This document shows positions 52,129 through 64,000 of a DNA stretch of 64,000 bases, one piece after another. The stretch is from assembly GCF_009914755.1 (NCBI RefSeq), contig NC_060926.1. One strand, 5' to 3'. Source of the stretch: the human T2T-CHM13v2.0 reference genome, Homo sapiens. The notes under the pieces were generated by a model. That model made no database searches. It worked only from the letters and a program-made list of their open reading frames with translations, and was not told the DNA's origin. The position numbers and the translations under genes were made by a program. Position 1 is the stretch's first letter. Every line of letters begins with the position of its first letter.

Positions 52129-55100
52129 TATTCCCACCCTTTAGGTCAGAATAGTCTTATTCTAGTGTCTCCTGCAGGACCATCAGTTATCTATATGTTG
52201 GATCTCTGCTCTCTAAATCTACTGTTATCTTCTCACTGATTCTGTTGTTGACATTTTCCTTACATTCTCACAGTTTGTCAGTATTTCCCACTTCACTGAT
52301 TTTGATTCAGCAAAATTCACATGGATTTTAATGCTGATATTAAACATTTTATCACTTTGCATACTATCCTTACTTTATATCCATTTTCACCTCAGATCTT
52401 TCATCTTAGTCTATTCTCCCCCCATGACTCTATGTCTTAGAAGCCATGTCTTTTTGAACCATGTATACTAAGGATACCAGCTTTCTGACATTCTTCTGGT
52501 TCCTACAGCAGGTTATTATCAGAGCTAAATGCTCCTTTTGAGTCCTACAGATCATTTATCTTCCCCTGAAGTGTATTTTCTCAAGATATTTCTAATTGTT
52601 TTCCTTTATTCTCAAATAAGGTGAAATCAAGTCCCCTAAGATACAACCTTCAGGGAAAATAGCTTCCGGCAAAATGTGTTGAGAAAGCCACGTGTTTTCT
52701 GGAAATCAAGTGTGGTGCACACATAATTAATAGTGACTTTTAATGTCTCCAGGCAATTTCTGTACTAACATGAACAAAGAAATTACCTTAATGATTAGTC
52801 CAATTAAAATTAGAGATACAAAAGGACAAGTATCAAGGAAACCAGCCCAATCCCACATGCAGATTATAAAATGGGTACTCCATTTATAGAAAACTTAAAA
52901 TTCAATCAAACTCATTTCTGGATGGTGGAGTGATTGGCGACTAACATCAGACTTAAGGAAATAAATACTTAGGCGAGCCCACAAATCTTAAAATATGACC
53001 CCCTGCTTTGCAATTTCCTGCAATGCCATAAAACTATTAATAAGATAGAGGAAGGAGGGAATGAAAAATAAACATCATGATAACAATTTGATAACAGGGT
53101 TAGCAGATCCTGGAGACCCAGGCCAGCCTCACTTCTAGGACATCTCCTGCTTAAAGGAATGGCATGGGAGGTGAGTCACACCAATGAGCATAAAGAACAC
53201 CTTTCTTTGTTGTAGGTCTCAGAAGTGAAGGCTGAGAGATCCAAGCCCAGGTGTTGATTTGATAGAGGGGTAAAAATAAAACGAGCATTGGCATGACTGT
53301 ATTCTTCAATTCTAAGATATCTCTGATTGATTGGCACACCAATTATTTTAAATATTACTGAGAAAGAAAAAAAAAACATTGCTAACTATCATTATAAGTC
53401 ATCATTGATTGGCGGACACATCCCAACTTCAAAGATGTTGAAATGCTGGGGAAATGTGTGTCTTAGAATCAATGAAGTAAGGAACTCAACTTAGAAGTTG
53501 ATGTCACCATTTTGGGACTGCCTTTTACATGGTGGGTGGCAGATCATCTACTGGGTCAGGGAGCTGAAGGATGAGACAAGAGAAATAGGCCATGAGGGCC
53601 TTGGGAGAGCCCCTTGACACCTGGATTCAGGGCTTATCAGTAGACCAGATTTGTTGGCTGTCAATCCATGCTTCTGCCCAGTACAGTGTCCTGAGAGCTA
53701 CAACAAGGCAGACTGATGTGCATAGCCCCCAAACAGGTTTTCACTCAGTGTATATCTCAGTACCTCTGCTGAGGAAGCAACTTCCTGTACTGTGAAATAA
53801 GAGCTTAATGTCATAAGGCAAGACCAGACTAAGATGAGAGGCAACAAGATGAGATAAAAATGGAAATTGACCCACCACCTATATTTCTGATTAGGCTCAG
53901 ACCATGAAAACCACAAGGGCTTTTGTTCTCCAGGGGGACATAGTACAGAGTAGGTGCTCGATCAATGCTAGTTCCCATCCCCTATATTCTCTCTACAAGA
54001 ACACTCCCAAATCTGCCATTTGATTCTGCCCTATGTTTTCCCAAAGTTGGGAGTAGGAGAGAAAATTAAAAACTATGGTGGGGAGGAGGTAATTAACTTC
54101 ATAGAGGCCCCAAACTATTTCTCTACATGAAGGACCCAGGGAATTGGTTCCACCATACAGGACCATGGCTACAAATCCAGGCTCTGAATGGCATTAAGGG
54201 CCTAGGAATGAATCCCAGCTCTGCCTCTTTCTAATTATGTGACCTTGAACAAGTTGCTTAATTTTTCTAAACCTCAGGTTCTTTGTCCAATGTGGAGAAG
54301 AACAGTCCCTCCTCAGAGCATTATCTAAGATAATATATGAAAGCACAGGCTTTGCACAGGGCCCAACAAATAGTAAGGACTCCACAAATGTTAGGTGCTA
54401 CTATTAAATCATTCCTCATATGGATTCTTAACATTACAACAATTGAATTTTTTTTTTTTTTATCACAGTCTGGATTCTATCTAGTCAGCAAGCACACATC
54501 TGGGCTGACTGCTCCATCAAATGTTCTCAAGGGAACATCAACGAATCTGAAACTGAGCTGAATAAAATCAGGCAGGTTATGTCTGCTGCTCAATTTCTGC
54601 ACTACAAGACATAGGTAGATTTTTAGCTGATACGCACTTTAAATGGTGGGCTCCACTTTTCCGTCTGAGCAGGTAATCTGCAGCCCCCAGTGCTGGTTAC
54701 AACACTGCTTGCATGCCTGGTGAGAATGTCTGGACTGGGTTACAGGTTTTTTCAGCTAATTCCCTGACCCCCTTGACCCAGCCAGTAATTATAGGCACAA
54801 AATGCTGTGCCCAGCCGTCTCCTGACACACTTGCACCGCAGGAGGATCTTCTTTGAGCTTGGAACTCAAAGAATGGGGTCAGATTTTTGGCCTGGAGAAA
54901 AAAAATGGCAAAGGGCTACAAACTAAGGCCAAAAACCATGAACGGTATAAGGAGGGTAAATGCAAGGGGAGACCCCACCTCTCACCACTTAGAAAAGGGC
55001 ATTTCAAGCACATTCAATGAGGCTTCATATACTGGTTAGCAAACAAATGGAATGTATTAGCCCAAGGCAGGGTATGGACCAAAAGTGCCCAGTGATGAGG

Positions 55101-56421
55101 CCACAGTGAATATCCACCTAACGACCTTCTTGGATGATGTACACATGACATAGGCCTTAAAAGCTGTCTTGTGGAAACATGTACCTTCATCGTGTTAAAT
55201 GAAAAAGGTGTTGGGGTGGACTCAATATACATACTTTCAAGTGCCTTCTCTGTCCAGACACTGTGCCAGCACTGTTCTGCCATGAGCCTGTCATTCCAGG
55301 ACCCACCCCGTGCTGTGGAGCGAGGGCCTTAGCAGCTCTGTGGCCTTGGTGAGCCCCTCCACCACTGCGTGCTCATTTCTAAATGGTGACCATTGCAGTA
55401 CCTCTGTCATAAGAAATGTTCCTCCTGCATTTCTGGGTAGCCTCTTCATGAGGGATTCAGAACTTGGCTCAGCTGCCAGCTTCCTAATGAAGCAGTGCAC
55501 CTGCCCAGGGCAGGTATGTCTCTGCCCCCGCCCACCCTCACACTGCTCCCCGACACACACTATGCACGTGGGTTTCCCGGAGCTCAGGCCAGGTTGCATG
55601 GCTCCCTGGGCTGCTCCCCCAAGCTCCCCACAAGGAGGCCTGCTGCCATCACTCTTGTGGCTCTAGGCCCCCCTGCCAGGCTCTCTGCTTTTGCTTTGGA
55701 TTCTCCTTGACTTGGGCCCCCTCTCAAGGCTGCAGGACTTGGGGTTGCTGCTGGCCACGGCTGTGCTTGTGCTCCTCTGACGCAGAGGCGAGGCACTGTA
55801 CTAGGTGCCAGCCACTCAGTGGTGAGGGAGATGTGCTCTACATCCTACACATGCCAACAGCTGGGGGACCCCAAACTTTACACAGTATTGGGTGTGGACA
55901 GGACAGATGCCCACACTGTATCAAGATATTTTTGATACACCCAAGCCTCTTTGCACCCAAGCCTCTCCAGAAAGTGGAACAAAGGCCCCTGATGCCATCT
56001 CTCTCCTCTACTGCCTCTTCTTTCTGTCAGGAAGATAACCTTTTAAACCCTTCATAATTTCAGAAGCATTATCCCATAAGGGTGAAGAACAAAGACTGTG
56101 CAGTCTGCCTAGTTTATATCCTGGGTGTACTTTTACAAGCTGCGAGGGTTACCGAACCACCCTGTACCTCAGTTTCCTCATCTGTAAAGCAGAGTGGTAA
56201 TTATGGTAGCCACCCCAAGGGGCTGTTGCAATTAAATGGGTTCATCCATGTAAAACACTTAGGATAATGCCTGTCATAGAAGAAGCATTCAATAATGCTG
56301 GTCTTATTTGACAGTTTACAGTCAGTGTGGGTAAATCAGAAAACTAGGCTGGACTAGCTGAAGAAGTTGAGCGCAAGTGAGGACCTGGGAAGAATGCTGT
56401 CTGGGAATGTTCCAAGGGAAT

Positions 56422-56813
56422 CTGTATTGGGTTGAATATTCCTCCCCAACCCCCTGCCAAAAATATATATATATATATGTGTGTATGTCCTAACTCCCAG
56501 AGCCTGTGAATGTGATCTTATTTAGAAAATGGATCTTCACAGATGTAATAAAGTTAAGCATCTCAAGATGAAATAATCCTGGATCATCCAGGTAAGCCCT
56601 AAATCCCTTCACAAGTGTCCTTATAAGACACAGACACACAGGAGATGGCCCTGTGAAGATGGAGGCAGAGATTGGAGTGAGGCAGCCACAAGCCAAGGAA
56701 CACCAGGAGCCATCAGAAGCTGGGAGACGCACGGAAGCATTCTCCCCTAGAACTTCTGGATGGAGCACAGCCCTACCGACACCATGAGTTTGGACTTCTG
56801 GCCTCCAAAACTG
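56422..56813 (+). mobile_element. MLT1B/C-like MaLR LTR, followed by MER5A (56815-56980)
   Basis: gcctgtgaatgtgatcttatttagaaa...gtgaagatggaggcagagattggagtga...ccacaagccaaggaacacc. Confidence 0.75.
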
Positions 56814-56998
56814 TCATGGTGCTTCTCCAACCACAATGTACATACAAACCACCTGAGGATTTTGCTAACCTGCAGATTCTGATTCAGCAGGTCTGGGGTG
56901 AGGGCTGAGAGTATGCATGTCTCAAAGGCCCCCAATGATGCCAGTGTTGCTGGTCCACAAACCATACTTTGAGTAGCAAAGTTTAAGAATGTATTGTC

Positions 56999-57390
<392 letters not shown>

Positions 57391-58667
57391 TCAGCTGTGG
57401 GATAAAGAGTGGAAGGAAGCCATTGACCTTTAGTGGCACTTGTCCCTGGGATCAATCAATGCTTCTGAATTGAATAGCAGCTCACCCAGGCAGTGCTAAT
57501 GAGTTTTGACTGCTCCAGTTCATCACTCCCTAACAGGGTCAACCAAGAAGTAGTCTCATCCTTTTTGCTAGGGGTGAGAAAAAGGTTTTATGATCCCTGC
57601 CTTATGGAGGGCCCAGAACAATTCCTGGGAGAATGGAAATGTTGGTGACAGAATCCCAGGTTCCTAACTTCAATGAACTTGATGGAAATGTATAAATCAG
57701 GACTTTTGTGTTAATGCTTTTATGGGCGAAAAACACTTGATCCAAAAAGACAAGAGTTCACCTCTAATGTAGCCCGTGCTCTTCTGAGAAGCTCATTTTG
57801 GTAGACAAGAGAGGAGAGGCCCCTGGCATGCATGCCCCAGGTTTGGGGAGGTAGCTTTACCCACTAAAACAGCCTATGTCAAGAACGTTTTTAAAAAGCT
57901 GGTCTACGAAATCCAACACAGGAATTGGTAGGAGATACAGAGAGCCCTTAGCCTACATTCTCACTGGATTCTCCCACTGCTGTCTCTCCAGTCCCCAACC
58001 CCACAATGCACACAGGGTTATATTTCAAAATGCTCCAGAAAAACCATCCATGACTTCTTGTGGGCCACAGCCAAATGGTCACAAAGCTTTTATACCATGT
58101 TCAGGCTTTGATCGATCAGTAGTGGCTACCTAGAAGGGCTTGAGTCCTTCTTCACGCTCCGTGGGAAGAATGCTAGGATTGATTTCCAGTGTCTGCCATA
58201 GACTCGGAGCAGGAAGACTGGCACTGTGCCATTTCTTTCAGGACAACAGGATAAAGTTATCTTGTGGCTTTCAAGCTCCTCGAGCTACCATTAAATCATC
58301 TCCCACTCTTACATGAAACGCTTACTCCAGACAAAGCCCATACCAGCCCCAACACTCCCCAACATGTGACCCTGCCTCTGTGGCTGGGGTCCAGCAGAAC
58401 TTTCCCCTTCCTCATCCATCCTTCCATTCCCCAACGCCTAATTGCCTCTCCCTCTCCCTCTCCCTCTCCTGGGCTCCAGTGCCTCCCATTCACCACTAAA
58501 CTGCCTTCTTTTCCTGCTATACTCATCTCTGTAGATGAGTCAGGACAAAAATGACTCCTGTATGAGTATTTCCGGATTTTCCACTCCCTCAGACCCTTTT
58601 CTTCCCTGAACTCCCAGAAAAGCCTGCCTTGACTCACTGGCTCCTTGGGTCTTTAGAATGCAGAATT

Positions 58668-59169
<502 letters not shown>

Positions 59170-61736
59170 TCATATTCAAGAAATACAAGTAAATGTTTGG
59201 AGTCACTACAAGGAGCTTCTGCTGGTCACTCTTGTCCGTCCCTGAGGCCACTGCAGTGCTCTCTGTCTGGACCTCATAGGCCACGGCCTATATGTGCTCT
59301 CTTTCCCATTGCCTTAAAAGGCCATTTCCAGTACCTGTCTGCCAGGATCTGGGCCGGGCTCCAGTGTGACAGAGTCGGGAAGGCCCTTAGCATATACCCA
59401 ACCCCCTCGCTTTATAGATAAAGAGCCTGAAGCCCACAGCGGGGGTCAGTCTGCACCTCAAATTTCACAACAGCTGAGATGCCTGTGTGAGGAGTCAGTC
59501 CTGGGCTGATGTCAGAGTGTGCCTGCCAATACCACTTGCCCTCCTTCGAGAAGAGGTGCACTAGGTGAATGGATACCAAATCAATCCAGTTTGACAGGTA
59601 TTGATTGAAGACACTCTCTGAAAAAGGTGCTGTGTGTGAAAATACATTAAATGCTCTAGAAAAACATGCTATGGACATTGCCCTTTTGCGAGTTATTTTA
59701 TGATGGGATATATACTTTTTGCACAGACAGTAACCATCCCCGCTCATGGGAGAAGCCCTTTGACGTCTGTACCTTTGGGTCTGGCCTCATCTGTCCCTTT
59801 CCACCCACAAGCATAAGCCCTATTCTATCTCCTCTTTCTCATCCTCCTCCTACCCACACACAGACACCTTCCTTGAGGGCTTGCCTTGTCTTCCTCCCAC
59901 ATAGGCAAGTCCAGTGCAGAAAAGGCACCTTGGTAATGTTTGTTTTTGGTGGTGCGGGAGTAGGGAAGCCTCACTGAAGACCACTAGGGCCTGTCGGCAT
60001 GGTTTTCCACCGGCAAACTCTCAAAGATACGCTGAGCTTCCAGCTCTCATTGAATGTCAGAGTTACAGGGACTTCGAAGGCAGCCTGGCCTGGGCCTTCA
60101 CTGGCCTAACCATTCCTCAGCCTTTCCTGCTGACCCCTGCAGGCTCCCATGGCAGCTGGCTCCATGCTGGGTTGGGGGCAATTAGAGGCACTGCCTGAAG
60201 ATGGGAGGAGATGCCAGGGCACTCCTTCCCTCATGCACTGTCTCAAGAAATACCTCCTCCGTGGCCCCAGCTTCTGCCAGAGGCCCACCATGCACCATGT
60301 TCCTTCCAGTTTCTGCAAGGTGACCTTGACCCCTGGGCTGGAATAACACTACCTCCTTCCTCCCTCTGCCTCAGGGTAGGTCTCTGAGCCACTTCCCCAA
60401 GCCTTGTTTGTTGGTTGGTTGGTTTTCAGCTCCTTCATTACCTGCGTAAATTTTCTGCATTAAATTCCCTCGGTTGGAACACTTGAAGAAATTTCTATTT
60501 ACCTTGTTAGGCCCTGACTGAAACATAGCCCAACCTCTTCCCCACCCCTTCATTGAACTTATGAAGAAACCAAGGCCAAGAGTGGTGTGCTTTGTCCAAA
60601 AAAGACTCACGGGTACTTAGTTGTCAGTGACTGGCCTGGGTTTCTCAGTTTCTGTCCTCCACACCTCTGCAAAATATGGCAGGACATGCTTCATTTTTAG
60701 TTTTAATCCAAAAGAATCCAGAGTCATTGGGATCAACAGTTTTGAAATGTGTGGCTTCTAAGGAAAAACCACAGTTGCAGTTCCAGTCCTTTACACTTTC
60801 TAAATACCCCCTTGGACCATCAGAAACTATTTAAACCTTGTTTCTGAGAGATGGAGATGTCAACTAGAGTAGACCAGACTGTGACCACAACCAGGTCACT
60901 GCCTGCTTCCAGGCTTGCATTTCCAGCCTGCATTTCCATATTTAAGGAAATTAACATAATACGAAATGACCATTTCTAAAAGCATTTAAAACTTTCTTTT
61001 AATATATGTAGCAAAATTCAAGTCCACACATTTTTGGACCAGATGGTTTCTCAACTCTGCAAAGTAGGTTTAAAGTAATAGTTACTTAAGAGTGCCATAT
61101 ATTTTAAACACACAGTGCTTCTGCTAATTAACACTTCATGATTTCTCAAGAGTCCCACAGGCAATAGTTACCATTTGTAAATGGTGAAATATAGTGTCAA
61201 GAAAATGAATCCTATTTTGCTCCCAAATTGCAGCCCTGGGATGCTATACATGAGATATCTCAGCCCTTCCCCCAGTGTGAATGGAGTGGTGAGAAGATGA
61301 AAGTGACTGCTCTGGGGTTGGATGCTGGGGACATGTGAGCATGATACCACATCGGGCCTCTGCACACAGAGGTTCTTCAAAAGGCAGACCCCCTCCACCC
61401 GTCATGGGCCTATGGGCCAAAATTAGTCACACAGATGCATGCAAGTTAAACACTGACCTAACAAGAAGACATGGACACACAGGCACACATTTACACACAC
61501 CTGTTATGTCCTGTGTTTGCAGGACAAAATAGCCACAGTCTATGTGAGCCTGAGAGGCAAGGCAAGCTAACCTACAGGCATGAAGTGAGGCTGGCCTCTC
61601 TGCCCCAAATCTTACCAGGCCACTTACACATCCTCCCCTACTCCTCTTTGCCTGAAGTTCAATCATTTGAAGATTGATTTGACTAATATGTCTCCTCTTT
61701 TTAAAAGTCAGTGCTCCTGGAAGAGTTGATCAGATA

Positions 61737-62058
61737 CAGTCACATGCTGCATGATTTGGTCAATGACAGACCACATATGTGATGGTGGTCCCATATGATT
61801 ATAATACTATATTTTTACCGTACTTTTTCTATGTCTAGATACACAAATACTTACCATTGTGTTGTAATTGCCTACAGTATTCAGTATGGTCACATGCTGC
61901 AAGGTTTGCAGCCTAGGAGCAATAGGCTATACCATATTGCCTAGGTGTGTAACAGGCTAGGTTTGTGTAAGTACACTCTCTGATTTTCCCACAATGATGA
62001 AATCACCAAACAATGCATTTCTCAGAACACAGCCTTGTCATTAAGCAACATGTGATTA
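61737..62058 (+). mobile_element. Tigger3a-like DNA transposon (TcMar)
   Basis: cagtcacatgctgcat...gaccacatatgtgatggtggtcccat...gcctaggagcaataggctataccat...gcatttctcagaac...ttaagcaacatgtgat. Confidence 0.75.
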
Positions 62059-64000
62059 AATTTTTAATCCTTCATACATCAATGCGGCCAAATGAGACAG
62101 CTTTCTTCCTGGTGCTTTGCAGACATCAGGGGCTGACAGGTTGGAGAACCCAAAGAATATGGAGTGCTTAGGGGAATATATCAGGAGGATGCAGGCTGCC
62201 TTGCTTTATTGTAATGGGGAGCCCTGGACACCTGGGCAAGTGGGGAAAAGGGGTACTTAGAAACTGATGGGACACCAAAGAGAAAAGGAGGAAGAAATGT
62301 CTGCTTACCCAGGGTCTACACAGGACTACCCTGCCTGGACAGGATGCCACTGTCCACACCTACTACTGTCTCAGGATTGCTTCCTCTTTAGGGTAAAGGA
62401 GATGTGAGCAGAAGGCTGACACTAAAGTATGGGACAAAGGAAATGGCAAAGACCATGTGCGATTAGGAGAAAGTTCATTGGGGGACACTTCTTTATTGAA
62501 ATCCTAAAAATAGCAAAGAACTAGACTGTGCTTTCACCTGTCACTAGACTGGAAGTTTTAAGCAGACAAAGCCTTGTCTGACTTTGTGCATCACCATATC
62601 CCCAGCACCCAGAATAGCGTTAAGAGGTGTGCTCAGCAGGAATTGGTTCGGTGCATGTACACACCAAAGTGCAAGCAGAGGACACCTCAAGACCCTTCTA
62701 ATCCCCTCATTTCCTCAAGGCCCAATGATCATGTGTGGCTGCACAGATCTCTTGCTGGAGTTATAAATGGGCTGCTGGAGAAAAGACAAATCCCTCTACG
62801 GACCCCACAGCGATGGACTGCTGAGTTCTGCTGTTCCCCAGGGACACTGCCTTCATTAGGCAGCACCTGCTATATGGCCAGCCCATATGTGTCATGTCAG
62901 GCAGTCCCACAAGAGGAGGTAGACAATGCACCAACCAACCTTAAGTTTCCCTTAACCAAACCTTCCAATGAGTGGCAGGCTCTGCACCAGAAGACAACAA
63001 ATGGAAATTCTTTGGGGTGCCTTCCACCTTTCATTTTTGAAGCACCACAAGCAAAATGAAACCACTGATATTCTGTGGGACCTGATGCCCCAAGGTAATG
63101 TTTATGGTCATATTTTCAATCTTCCCCTCCCTTCTCATTGAGTTGAGAGGATGAAGTGGCACAGGCAGCAGGGGAGAACCCAGGCATGATTCTGAAGGAA
63201 GGCAGGACAAAGTGAGTGGGCTGGAACCAAAGCATGAAGTTGTACGAAAATATATAGTATGAAGCCTTTAGGTCTTCACAGTTTGCAGAACCATTTTGTC
63301 CACCAAAAACAGCTCTGGATGTAGCCAGCAACACTCCTTCCTAAAGCTCGTCTACACAGATCCAGATGCATGCACCTTGCTGAATGCTGAGCTTACAGTA
63401 AGTCCACAACTAATTCCTGTCCAATTGAGAAACATTTGAATGCAATGATATCTGGATCAATTGAGATCACATATATATGAAGTAGAAAGTTTCTCCTAAT
63501 TCCTGGGTATGCACTTGACCCCTGCCCTATACAGAGAAGGCAAGGCACTAAGCTGGCATTCTAGGCACTGCATCATGAGGGAAAAGCACTGGACAGACTA
63601 CGAGACCAGGGTCTGGTCCCGGATCTCCCTGAGCCATCCTCAGATGGCTTTCAGGGATGTCAGAGGTGAGCATGGAGAAGAGGATCCTGTCTGTCTAGAG
63701 CCAGAGCAGTAAGGTCCCCGGGGGCTGGGAGGTTGTTGCCTCTACATAAAGAACTCGGCCAGCTAAAGTCTCCTCTGAACCAAGCCCACTGTTTGCCTGG
63801 AGAAGTCAGTGTCTTTCCTTTGGGGAGATGAAGGAAACAAAGGAACTGTTTGGAGGGCTTTAGAATGCCACAGCTCACCACTGGTTATTTGGGGGAGGAG
63901 GATGTGCAGGAGCTAAATTTGAGCCCCAGTGTTGCGAACTTCACAAGGGGAAAGAGTTGCTGAAATGCCTGGGGGAAACAGTGTAGGGTTCTGGCCTCCA

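Overview
This is human (primate) genomic DNA lying entirely within the ADD2 (beta-adducin) gene on the minus strand. I reconstructed 13 consecutive coding exons from GT/AG sites and translation: ATG at 37462, 1870 coding nt, about 623 of the canonical 726 aa. There is also a 119-nt non-coding exon at 44121-44239. The distal first exon and the last, MARCKS-like exon lie outside the window. Exon numbers assume one upstream exon 1, from recall of the gene model. Two alternative C-termini are visible: exon-13 read-through with an intronic poly(A) signal (559 aa) and an 86-nt frameshifting cassette exon (643 aa). Introns hold many Alus (one AluYa5), old L1, LTR8/MER57/MER21/MLT1 LTRs, Tigger3a, MER5 and MIR. 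Nearly all other ORFs in the track are chance or repeat-derived. I found no wholly new gene system. The best leads are a candidate erythroid internal promoter/first exon near 48.8 kb, back-to-back uORFs in the 5' UTR exon, a perfect 21-bp pre-miRNA-sized hairpin in intron 8, nine consecutive phase-0 introns, and several template-switch or duplication scars. Repeat subfamily names are from memory of consensus sequences and their boundaries are approximate.
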